A stretch of DNA of 64,000 bases, taken from NCBI RefSeq assembly GCF_009914755.1, contig NC_060928.1. One strand, written 5' to 3'. Both the position numbers and the translations under genes were made by a program. Source of the stretch: the human T2T-CHM13v2.0 reference genome, Homo sapiens. The stretch's first letter is position 1, and every line of letters starts with the position of its first letter. The notes under the pieces were generated by a model. It did no database searches and was not told where the DNA came from. It saw nothing but the letters and a program-made list of their open reading frames with translations. Shown here piece by piece: positions 38,713-49,767 of the stretch.

Positions 38713-39776
38713 GGATGCCATTTTAAAGATGAGGCAACTGAGGCTTAGAGAGGTTACGTCACTTGCTTAAGGTTCCAGAGCTGGTAAGTCAGAGAAGGAT
38801 ATGAACCCAGGACTGTCTCGTAAGCCCATCCTTCTGCCTCTGTCTACACAGTGCTGCCTTTCAAAGGTGGCAAGCTCCTGAGTTAGCCATTTTAACCTGC
38901 CAGAAACCTCCTTGCTCCTGAACTGGGAAGAGGGACTGAGCTTTGGATTTCAAGAGGAGGCTCTAGGGCCACCATCAGGGGTCCTGTGGTTGAGGTGATG
39001 TGGCTGGCTCATCACCTGGGCCTTTCCACCTGCCCCTCCCCATCCCCTCCCCTCTACCCTATTCCCTGCCCTGTGCCAAGCTGAGCACATTGGCAGGGCT
39101 GGTGGCTGGGAGCTCAGCTTGTATCCTGTAGCTACAGAACAGAGCTTTCATTGCTGTAATACAGAGTTGAGTCTTTTGATATCAGCAGTGGGTGCAGCAA
39201 AACCCCACCGATTTTCTTATCAAGTTTTCCATTTGTGTCAGTGAAGCAAATCCAATTTAAAATACATCTTCAGAAGAAGGAGGGTCAATGAGTTCAAATA
39301 GAAGAATATTTGCTAACTGGATTAGGAAAACTCGCTTTGTGCTAAAATGTTTGAGGAAAATCCTCTTAGCACAATTTTGCAGGAGCCAGGCATGTGAAAG
39401 GATCGTTTCCTCACTATCATCCCCTGAGATCAGGGCTCTGGCTGGATGAAATGAGGCAGGAGTTTATTAGCTGCTTAGTTGATTAGAGCCTGTGCTGATG
39501 AGGCTGAGCTCTGACAAGTCAACGTCAGAGAGAGATCTTGGTTTCCAGTAGCTTTTAATTCTGCTCAACTCTTTGTGGGAAAGAGCCTGGGTAAGAGAGG
39601 ACACCCACTACTTACTCAAAACCACCATCCCCACCAGACAAGCAGCTCATGGAGCCCTTCCAGGGAAAGACTGAAGGCTGTGGAGACCTAGCTGCACATT
39701 ATATTATATTTTGCATCATAAGGTCTTATTGATACACAGAACACTCTCAGTTTCAAAAAATGATGAGAAACTCAGT

Positions 39777-40078
39777 CTTTTTTTTTTTTTTTTTTAAGAT
39801 AGTCTTGCTCTGTCTCATCTCCCAGGCTGGAGTGCAGTGGTGCGATCTCGCCTCACTGGAATCTCTGCCTCCTGGTTCAAGCGATTCTTCTCCCTCAGCC
39901 TCCTGAGTAGCTGGGATTACAGGTGTCTGCCACCTCACCCAGCTAATTTTTGTATTTTTAGTAGAGATGGGGTTTTGCCATGTTGGTCAGGCTGGTCTTG
40001 AGCTCCTGACCTCAGGTGATCTACCCACCTCGGCCCCTAAAGTGCTGGGATTAAAGGCGTGAGCCACCACATCTGGCC
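39777..40078 (-). mobile_element. AluSx-like element with 22-bp TSD
   Basis: TSD aaaaaatgatgagaaactcagt at 39755-39776 and 40079-40100. Confidence 0.9.
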
Positions 40079-41236
40079 AAAAAATGATGAGAAACTCAGT
40101 GTTTTGGAAAGCAGGGAGAATGTTTAGTGTTCTAAAAATGTATCCTTTCACACGTAAAGCTTCCTGCCTCTGAGCCTTTGCCCGTGATGTTCCCTCTGTT
40201 AGGGTCGTGCTTCCACCCTGCATGCTGGTGAATTCCACTTTGCCCTCCAGCCCAAATGTCATATTTTCTGGACAGCCATTTGCCATGCTGCCCACCAAAC
40301 AGGCTGTCCCTTGTTCTCATGCCACTGCTGAACATTGTTTATTCCTTGTGCTAGGCAGGGCTTTGTCAGTTGTAACAACTGAAACTCCACTTAGACATGT
40401 TTCAGCTAAAGGGTAACTTATTGACTTTTGTAACTGCAAAGACCATGGTATGCCTGAATTTTGAGGTCCAAAGAAATCATTTTCTCTCTCTCTCTCCTCT
40501 TCCTCTCCTCCTTCTCATTTTCCTTCTCTTTTTCTTTCCTCTCCTTCCCTCCGTTCTTCTTTTTCCTTCTTTTTCTCTATCTTCCTCTCTCCCTACTTCT
40601 TTCTCTTTCTCTCCCTTTAATTTGCTCTATTCTCTATATGGGCCTCATTCCTTCTGCAAATAAGGAAAATGACCACCTGGAAACCCAAGGCCCACCACAT
40701 ACCAGCAGAGCCACCCAGCCAAAAGAAACCCAGCTTCTCTCTCCAGCATCTACACATCAATCCAGGCCAGAACTCCATCTGACCCTTGTGAGACATGCTT
40801 GCACACCTCGGTGGACCACTGAGGCCAGAGAATTCAGCATAATGACGGGCACTTCTGGGGTCATGGGCCTTCCCTGTAGCTAAGGTGACAGAAGGACAGA
40901 CTGGTCTGGAATGTCCATGCCAGCTGGCTCACATGGCCAGCCATTGATGCTGGTTGTTTCTGGGAGCTCAGTTGTGCTCTAGACCAGAAAACCTCCATGT
41001 GACCTCTCCACATGACCCTCACTTCTCACAGCATGGTGGCTGGGGCCCAACGGGGAGACTCTCATGAGCAAAGTTTCCAAAAGACCAAAGTGGCAGCTGC
41101 GAGCCTCCTCATGGCTGAGCCTCAGCCCCCATGCAGCATCAGAGCCACTGCAGTCTTGGCTTCCCAGGAGACCAGCCCAGAAGCAGCAAGAAAGGGGACC
41201 TGGAAACCAGGAGGTCTGCTTCCAGGGAAGGCCCTC

Positions 41237-41639
41237 TGATATAATTTGGATATTTATCTCCACCCAGATTTCATGTTAAATTGCAATCTCCAGTGCTGGA
41301 GTTGGGGCCTGGTGGGAGTTGTTTTGACCATGGGGGTAGATCCCCCATGGCTTGGTGCTGTCTTCGAGATAGTGAGTTCTTGTGAGATCTGGTTATTTAA
41401 AAGTGTGTGGCATGTCCCTCCCCACACCCACCGACTCTCTCTTGCTTGTTCCTGTTTTGGCCACGTGATGTGCCTGCTCATGATTGTAAGCTTCCTGAGG
41501 CCTCCTTAGAAGCCAAGCAGATGCCAGCACCATGCTTCTTGTAAAGCCCGCAAAACCATGAGCCAATTCAAACTCTTTTCTTTATAAATTACCTTGTCTC
41601 AGATATTTCTTTATAGCAATGCAAGGATGGCCTAATACA
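41237..41639 (+). mobile_element. MST-type MaLR solo LTR nested in older MLT1 remnants
   Basis: tgatataatttggatatttatctccacccagatttcatg...ttctttatagcaatgcaaggatggcctaataca. Confidence 0.82.
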
Positions 41640-43815
41640 CCATCTTTGGAGACTAGCTAGCACATGGGCCTTCTCCATCTGTAGCTACACTTCTAGAACA
41701 CACGTGGCTTCCAAGGCTACTGCAGCAGCCGGGGGAAGAGCTCAGGGTCCTATGGGATGTTCCTAAGGCTCAGATCTGTGGTTCACATCACTTCCGCTCA
41801 CATTCTATTGGCCATAATCTCGCTCCCTAGCCTCCACTTGACAGCAAGGGAACCCGAGGGAAGGGATCTGCTGGGGGCCATCTCTGCCACAAACAGCAAG
41901 TGAAAGCAAGTAGACAGGAAGCCAAGACTGATGCCCAAGTCAGAGAGGTGCTGAGGAAAGAAGTCTTTCTCTCTTTTTTTTTTTTTTTGACAGAGTTCTG
42001 AATGTTTCAGAGTAGTCCAAGTACACCCAAAAGCACAATAATTAAATGAGGGGCAGGAGAGTGGCTTAGAAGAAGATTGTTTTTCTGGATTCAGCTCCAA
42101 CAAAGTTTGTTCCGCAGGTCTTGGTGCTGTGCGATCATCCTTCTCGCCACTGATATTCAGCCTGGATACCCCACTGTTGCTCTAACAGGGAGGAAAATAT
42201 TTTCCTGCCACTGCCCTGAGCCTCCTGACTGACCCCAGCTACCTTGGACATCCCAGCTTTTGGGACTACCCCAGACCTCCCTATAACCAGCAATCAGAGG
42301 CCGGCACAGCAAGAGTGCTTTGAAATGCTGCCTGGTGCTCCAGGGTGACAGGCAGCACCTGCTGTCATTGGTTGGTGTCTGTGCAGTATTTGCTAGAGTT
42401 TTGTGGATCTCAGCCTTGAAACCTGTGTCTTTGTACAGTCAAAGGGTCTGAGTTGGGAGAAGGCACCTAGATATGCTCCACCATAGCGTTCTGGTGTTTC
42501 CTGTCATCCCTGAAGCCTCCGAGTTCTTATAACAGGGGCTTAAAGACTGTAGCATTGAGATATGAAGGCTCGTAGTTATTGTCCAGTTCAGAGGACATTA
42601 ATTCCAGGTATCTGGAACTTAGAACAAATCCTCATGCCCTCACCATGGCAACAGGGCTCACCTCCTCTGTCTCATACCTCTCCCTCCCGTGGCCACTATT
42701 GCTACAGATATCCTGACCCTTTTACCTCTTTATCAAATAAGCTCACTCTGCCCCAGGGCCTTTACATGGGCTTACTTTCCTCCAAGATGACAACTCATCC
42801 TGAAGCAGCTTTTCCCTTCAATCCAGCTACTCCCTCTTTTGTTATTCTGTTTGATTTTATTTATAGCATTTAGCACTGTATGACATTGTTTATTTTGAAA
42901 TTGTTTATTTCTCTCTCCTCAATAATATAAGCCCAAGAAAGATAAGGAATATGTTTTTAATTCTGTTTCTGTCCCCGGGCCCTAGAATAGGGTCTGGGAG
43001 ATGGTTGCAGCAGAATCCCTAGCTGAAATGGCAATCTTGTGCTAATTAGAAAAAAAGAGCTCCCTTGCCCCCATCTCTGTTTCTTTTTTTTTTTTTTTAG
43101 ATGGAATCTCCCTCTGTTACCGAGGCTGGAGTGCAGTGGTGTGATCTTGAAGAGAGCCCTTTCTTGATATACTTTATCATCTTCTGCTAGAAGTTTTTCT
43201 ATACTCATTATAAAAACCCACCCTATCTGTCACTTACACACCATGTATTGTCTTGCTTCCACCCCATCAAAAATGCTTGTGGAATGAATGGATTGGTGAA
43301 AGTCAGGGGGACTGGAACATCTGAAAACAAATGTCAGTGTGTGTGGCCAGCGTCTGTGCACCTTTCTTGGTTGATTGAAACTTCTGTGCATTGATTTCAT
43401 GGTGTTGGGCACAGAATCCCCTTTTTGCTCATTACCAACAAAGATTTGTCAAGCACCCACTCACTGTGTTCGCTTGGGGAATTCAGACATGAACAAGACA
43501 CAATTTCTTGATTTAAGAGGCTGAGATTCTAGAGGGCCAGGCGGTGATGTGAAAGATGGTGTAGTCCAGGGTCATAACGGCTGCACTAGGAGCCAGCCCA
43601 GGGCTCTCCTGGAACACAGGACACCTGTTCAGTGCAGAGGACTCAGTAAGTCTTTCTGGAGAACTGATTGAGCTGGCTTTGCAGGATGCAGAGGTTCAAA
43701 CATTGCTAAGTGCTTTGTACAACTTATAAAAATCCATGTTGCCCAGTCTCCAAGCAGTCTCATGTTCAGTAGACAAAAGGCAATTTTCAAACTGAAATTT
43801 TTTACTTGCATTTCT

Positions 43816-44195
43816 ACTTCTATTTTCTTTCTTTCTTTCCTTCCTTCCTTCCTTCCTTCCTTCCTTCCTTCCTTCCTTCCTTCTTTCCTTCTCCCCGCCT
43901 CCCCCGAGTCTTGCTCTGTTGTCCAGCAGACTGGAGTGCAGTGGTGCGATCTCGGCTCACTGCAACCTCCAACTCCTGGGTTTGAGTAATTCTCCTGCCT
44001 CAGCCACCTCTCTCTCTTTCTGTAGCTGGGGTTACAGACACATCCCACCACGCCTGGCTAATTTTTGCATTTTTAGTAGAGACGGGGTTTCACCATGTTG
44101 GCCAGGCTCTTCTTGAACTCCTGACTTCAAGTGATCCACCTGCTTCAGCCTCCCAAAGTACTGGGATTACAGGTGTGGGCCACCGCACCCGGCCC
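43816..44195 (-). mobile_element. AluS with (CCTT)n tail
   Basis: TSD tttacttgcatttct at 43801-43815 and 44196-44210. Confidence 0.87.
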
Positions 44196-44577
44196 TTTAC
44201 TTGCATTTCTTAAGTTGTGTGAAGTCAGTAGGGATTGTTCTCTAGAATTCCCTTTTACTCTCCTATCCATATTCCCCCAGATCGTAGTTCCCTCACCTCT
44301 TTCACACAATCTTCCCTGCAAAACTCCACCCACAGCTTTCAATACCTCTCCCCACTTCTCTGCTCTTTATTGGGAAGACAAGCACAGTTTCTTCCTTTTG
44401 GGACCATTCCTCCCTCCTCCGGCTTTTCAGGTCTAATAATGTATCCATTCTCTATCACAAAAGCCAAGCTAGAATCCTCTTTGGAGCACCGCCCAGGTCA
44501 AGAAACTGCACAGATAGAGCAGAGGGAGAAAGGAGGTTCAGAACACTCATGCATTAATTGTTTTGGTCTCATCACAG

Positions 44578-44840
44578 TTTCTTTTTTTTTCTTTCTTTCT
44601 TTTCTTCTTTTTGTAATGGAGTCTCACTCTGTCACCCAGGCTGGAGTGCAGTGGTGCGATCTTGGCTCACTGCAACCTCTGCCTCCCGCACACCACCATG
44701 CCTAGGTAAGTTTTGTATTTTTAGTAGAGACGGGGTTTCACCATGTTGGTCAGGATGGTCTCGATCTCCTGACTTCATGATCTACCTGCCTCACCCTCCC
44801 ACAGTGCTGGGATTACAGGCATGAGCCACCACACCTGGCT
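44578..44840 (-). mobile_element. AluS with internal deletion
   Basis: TSD ggtctcatcaca; about 50 bp missing after gcctcccg. Confidence 0.85.
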
Positions 44841-45139
44841 GGTCTCATCACACTTTCTAAACGACTATTATTAACTCACTTCCCAGATGAGAGAACTGAA
44901 GCTCAGAGAGATCAAGCGACCTGCCCAATATACCAAAGCTAGTAAGTGCCTATTCTTCCTGCCTGCCATACTTCCCTTCCCTCTGTCTTCCCCTTTGCCT
45001 ACTTAACTGTGATTCAACCCAAAGAGAAATTTCCCCAGAAAGCCTTCCCTAAACATCTTGCCTTGGCCAACCTCCCCAACTGCTGTACACTTAGATAAGG
45101 CTGTGAACTTTCCCTTCACAGCCCTTGTCACATTTGTAA

Positions 45140-45488
<349 letters not shown>

Positions 45489-45510
45489 TAGACTTCAAGC
45501 TTTTAGAATA

Positions 45511-45513
<3 letters not shown>

Positions 45514-45541
<28 letters not shown>
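45514..45541. repeat. (TC)14 repeat in the distal DRD5 promoter region
   Basis: Counted directly; about 2.3 kb 5' of the ATG, consistent with the polymorphic DRD5 promoter (TC)n as I recall it. Confidence 0.85.
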
Positions 45542-45545
<4 letters not shown>

Positions 45546-47099
45546 CCATTGTATAACCAGTGGGTAAAACAACATATGGGACATGTCAGTACTTGTTAAA
45601 TATTTGCTGAATAAAAGAATGAATGACTGGAATTCAAACCCATGTCTCCAAAATCCAAGCTCTTGTCTGACATCATGACTTGGTGTTCTCCAGGAGAAGA
45701 AGATAGGGGAAGGTCATTCCAGGTTGAGGAAATACCACATGACCGTTTACAATGGGTGTTCTTTTTTGGTGGCGGTGGTGGTGGCGGCAGCTTGAATCCA
45801 GGCTGTATTCGGAGTAGTGAAAGGAGAAGAAGCAGGAGCTGTGGACAAAGACAAGGGCAATATGAGGAAAAGACCTTGCATGCCTGGCCAGGAACAGGGG
45901 CCACAGGGAGCTGATCATGAAACACACTGACGGTGTTTCATCAGGGGAGTGACATGAACATAGTCACATTCAGGAAAGATCACTGCCTGCTGGGAAGACA
46001 GAGGGTCAGGGCAGAGACTGGAGGCCAGGAAAGTGCCACCATCAAACAGGATGGAGGAGGCACAATTCTGGACAGGGATGTCCATGGCCAGAGGAGTGGT
46101 CCAGCTCCCAGAAGATGAGGAGAGACCAGAGGTGAGGATGGCCCTTCAGTTTCAGGTTTAGGCACCTGGACAGATGGTCTTGCCCTCTCCAGCGGCAAAA
46201 AGCACTGAGGGGGAAGGAGGTTGGGGGAAGGGACTGTGTAGGCTGAGCAGCTTAAGTCTGAGAAGGTGGGCCACTTGCAGATGTTGGTCCAGGGTACAGG
46301 TGCGTTTGGTGGAGGGGGAGACTAGGAAGGGAGGAGAAAGTCCAGTCTGTTTCTAGACCTCACCATGCTGCAGGTGTCTGGGCCAGCAGGTCGCAGCCGG
46401 AGCTATGCAGCTGGCTGCTGTCACATCCCTTTCTCTCCCAGCTGCCTTCAGCTGAGCTTAACGCCAGTAGAGGCCGAAACACTTCACAAATGCAACTTGT
46501 CAGCTGGGAGGTGCACTCAGAGCTCAGGAACACTGTTTTCCCTCTTTATTGTTTTCCATCATTCTTTTTTTTCAGTTTGGGTTTTGGGCCCCGTCAGTTC
46601 CTTTTCTGTTAAACACTGAGCTATTTATCCATCCCTCTCAAGGTTGAAAAAGAGAAAGGCTGTAAAAGTGCCCTGCAAAGAAGAGGCCTCCAACTCTATG
46701 GGGGTGGGGGGCTCTCTTCCTCCTCTTGTCTTCTGAGTTCATTCCGAATTATTCCCCAAAGGAAAAATCGTTCAAGGACTGGGGGCGGTGGTGGGGAAAA
46801 GGACAATCTCCCAAGAGGTCAGCTGAAGCCCCAGCCTCAGGGTGTTGAGAGAGGGGCTGGGGGAAGCGGGAGCCTGTTCCTAGGAGACACTGTCTACTGG
46901 ACACCTCATCCTAGACGGCTTCCATGAGTTCTGACACTGTCCCAGGAGTAGGAATCATTATCCCACGCTGTGGAGAAGGAAACCAAGGCCGGGTAAAGTT
47001 ATGTAGGGCCCTTAAAGTCGCAGAGCCAGGAATAAAGTCCGGATTGGGACTCGGGTCTGTGGGTAATCCAAGGCTGCCCCGCTTACCCTTCAAATGCTC

Positions 47100-49150
47100 T
47101 TTCCCCCTCCGGAAGCCCTCGCGTCCTCATCCTTACCCCACCTCTTGTTCCCCAAGCGTGGCCAGGGCTAAGGCTCCAGGGATGCGCCAAGCACCCTTCG
47201 GTTTTCCCGGGGAGAATTTTCCCCGGCCCGGGGACTAGGGTCTGGCGCTGGGGCGCCCCTCGGACCTGCGGGATCGCCCCTACACTCTGGCGCGCTGAGG
47301 GCGGTGAGCGAGGGCGCCAAGGCACAGGTGGGGCGGGAGTCGAGCGCGGAGGCTCGGGGGGCGGGACGCGGGGCCTGGGAGCGGCCAGGGACCGCGGCAG
47401 CGCCTCAGTGCCAGCCTGGCGCCCGCGACTGCCTGCCCCAGCCCCTCAGTGGCGGCTTGCTCTCTTCTCTCGCTCCGAACCAGACACAGCCGCTGCCGCT
47501 GCCGTCCGGCGCGCTACAGACTCCCGAGAACAGCCCTGGCTGTCAGCGAGCACCAGCCGCTTCCTGTCCCCATCGCCGAGACTGGAGGGGCGCACCACGG
47601 CCATGGAGCCAGAGGCGCTTCAGGAGGCAAGAGAAGTCCCCGCGCGCTCCGCAGCCCGGCGCAGCTCATGGTGAGCGCCCTCTGGGGCTCGAGGGTCCCT
47701 TGGCTGAGGGGGCGCATCCTCGGGGTGCCCGATGGGGCTGCCTGGGGGTCGCAGGGCTGAAGTTGGGACCGCGCACAGACCGCCCCTGCAGTCCAGCCCG
47801 AAATGCTGCCGCCAGGCAGCAACGGCACCGCGTACCCGGGGCAGTTCGCTCTATACCAGCAGCTGGCGCAGGGGAACGCCGTGGGGGGCTCGGCGGGGGC
47901 ACCGCCACTGGGGCCCTCACAGGTGGTCACCGCCTGCCTGCTGACCCTACTCATCATCTGGACCCTGCTGGGCAACGTGCTGGTGTGCGCAGCCATCGTG
48001 CGGAGCCGCCACCTGCGCGCCAACATGACCAACGTCTTCATCGTGTCTCTGGCCGTGTCAGACCTTTTCGTGGCGCTGCTGGTCATGCCCTGGAAGGCAG
48101 TCGCCGAGGTGGCCGGTTACTGGCCCTTTGGAGCGTTCTGCGACGTCTGGGTGGCCTTCGACATCATGTGCTCCACTGCCTCCATCCTGAACCTGTGCGT
48201 CATCAGCGTGGACCGCTACTGGGCCATCTCCAGGCCCTTCCGCTACAAGCGCAAGATGACTCAGCGCATGGCCTTGGTCATGGTCGGCCTGGCATGGACC
48301 TTGTCCATCCTCATCTCCTTCATTCCGGTCCAGCTCAACTGGCACAGGGACCAGGCGGCCTCTTGGGGCGGGCTGGACCTGCCAAACAACCTGGCCAACT
48401 GGACGCCCTGGGAGGAGGACTTTTGGGAGCCCGACGTGAATGCAGAGAACTGTGACTCCAGCCTGAATCGAACCTACGCCATCTCTTCCTCGCTCATCAG
48501 CTTCTACATCCCCGTTGCCATCATGATCGTGACCTACACGCGCATCTACCGCATCGCCCAGGTGCAGATCCGCAGGATTTCCTCCCTGGAGAGGGCCGCA
48601 GAGCACGCGCAGAGCTGCCGGAGCAGCGCAGCCTGCGCGCCCGACACCAGCCTGCGCGCTTCCATCAAGAAGGAGACCAAGGTTCTCAAGACCCTGTCGG
48701 TGATCATGGGGGTCTTCGTGTGTTGCTGGCTGCCCTTCTTCATCCTTAACTGCATGGTCCCTTTCTGCAGTGGACACCCCGAAGGCCCTCCGGCCGGCTT
48801 CCCCTGCGTCAGTGAGACCACCTTCGACGTCTTCGTCTGGTTCGGCTGGGCTAACTCCTCACTCAACCCCGTCATCTATGCCTTCAACGCCGACTTTCAG
48901 AAGGTGTTTGCCCAGCTGCTGGGGTGCAGCCACTTCTGCTCCCGCACGCCGGTGGAGACGGTGAACATCAGCAATGAGCTCATCTCCTACAACCAAGACA
49001 TCGTCTTCCACAAGGAAATCGCAGCTGCCTACATCCACATGATGCCCAACGCCGTTACCCCCGGCAACCGGGAGGTGGACAACGACGAGGAGGAGGGTCC
49101 TTTCGATCGCATGTTCCAGATCTATCAGACGTCCCCAGATGGTGACCCTG
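47100..49150. promoter_or_regulatory. DRD5: CpG island over DRD5 proximal promoter, leader and CDS; GC boxes and a G4-capable motif
   Basis: Dense CpG; ggggcggg at about 47330; gggggg-c-ggg-acgc-gggg-cct-ggg at 47356-47379; no TATA box seen. Confidence 0.85.
47304..47483 (+). other. DRD5: Candidate DRD5 5'UTR intron with two donors (47304 and 47328)
   Basis: gcg|gtgagc and cag|gtgggg donors; acceptor cttgctctcttctctcgctccgaaccag; lengths 180 and 156 nt. Confidence 0.65.
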
Positions 49151-49236
49151 TTGCTGAGTCTGTCTGGGAGCTGGACTGCGAGGGGGAGATTTCTTTAGAC
49201 AAAATAACACCTTTCACCCCGAATGGATTCCATTAA
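47803..49236 (+). CDS. DRD5: D(1B) dopamine receptor D5, 477 aa, class A GPCR, intronless CDS
   Basis: Intact [21 protein letters not shown]...; TM3 Asp ([10 protein letters not shown]), DRY, TM5 [21 protein letters not shown]. Open full length, so not one of the frameshifted DRD5 pseudogenes. Confidence 0.99.
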   Translation: MLPPGSNGTAYPGQFALYQQLAQGNAVGGSAGAPPLGPSQVVTACLLTLLIIWTLLGNVLVCAAIVRSRHLRANMTNVFIVSLAVSDLFVALLVMPWKAVAEVAGYWPFGAFCDVWVAFDIMCSTASILNLCVISVDRYWAISRPFRYKRKMTQRMALVMVGLAWTLSILISFIPVQLNWHRDQAASWGGLDLPNNLANWTPWEEDFWEPDVNAENCDSSLNRTYAISSSLISFYIPVAIMIVTYTRIYRIAQVQIRRISSLERAAEHAQSCRSSAACAPDTSLRASIKKETKVLKTLSVIMGVFVCCWLPFFILNCMVPFCSGHPEGPPAGFPCVSETTFDVFVWFGWANSSLNPVIYAFNADFQKVFAQLLGCSHFCSRTPVETVNISNELISYNQDIVFHKEIAAAYIHMMPNAVTPGNREVDNDEEEGPFDRMFQIYQTSPDGDPVAESVWELDCEGEISLDKITPFTPNGFH

Positions 49237-49761
49237 ACTGCATTAAGAAACCCCCTCATGGATCTGCATAACCGCACAGACACTGACAAGCACGCACACA
49301 CACGCAAATACATGCCTTTCCAGTGCTGCTCCCTTTATCATGTGTTTCTGTGTAGTAGCTCGTGTGCTTAGAAACCTCACCCCATTGATTGGTAGTTCGA
49401 AGAATTGGCAGAATCAGTTGCAATAAACTCAGTCAAATGTACCCAGCCTACCAGAGATGGACCAACGATCCTATGAGAGAAGAGAGTATGGTGCTGGGTC
49501 CTTAAAAAAAAAAATGATACTTGGTCCTTAAAAAATATGCTCTCCCCTCCCTTTTTAAACAAATGGCTTGTTCAGTCACTTGTTTGTGTTTGAATTGATT
49601 TTTAAACAGCAGGTTGTGTGTGTGTGCAGTGATGTGGTGGGAGCACAGCTTTCCTGGGTCTGGATTCCCGTGGCTTTGTGCTTATGTCATTTCTTCTCTC
49701 TGTGCTGGTGGGGGCCTCTTTACCATAGCTTAAGAAGTATCCCTGATTTATTCTGGTGTCT

Positions 49762-49767
49762 AATAAA
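49762..49767 (+). terminator. DRD5: DRD5 polyadenylation signal AATAAA (a proximal AATAAA lies at 49422-49427)
   Basis: taataaacac followed by T/GT-rich downstream sequence. Confidence 0.7.

Noticed and set aside
48058-48777. 239-aa antisense ORF within DRD5
   Set aside because: Expected shadow ORF of a GC3-rich coding sequence; no independent support
47803-49236. Possibility that this is a DRD5 pseudogene paralog
   Set aside because: ORF is uninterrupted for 477 aa with all class A motifs; the known paralogs are frameshifted
49497-49540. Short tandem duplication ggtccttaaaaaa in the DRD5 3'UTR
   Set aside because: Too short to support any functional claim
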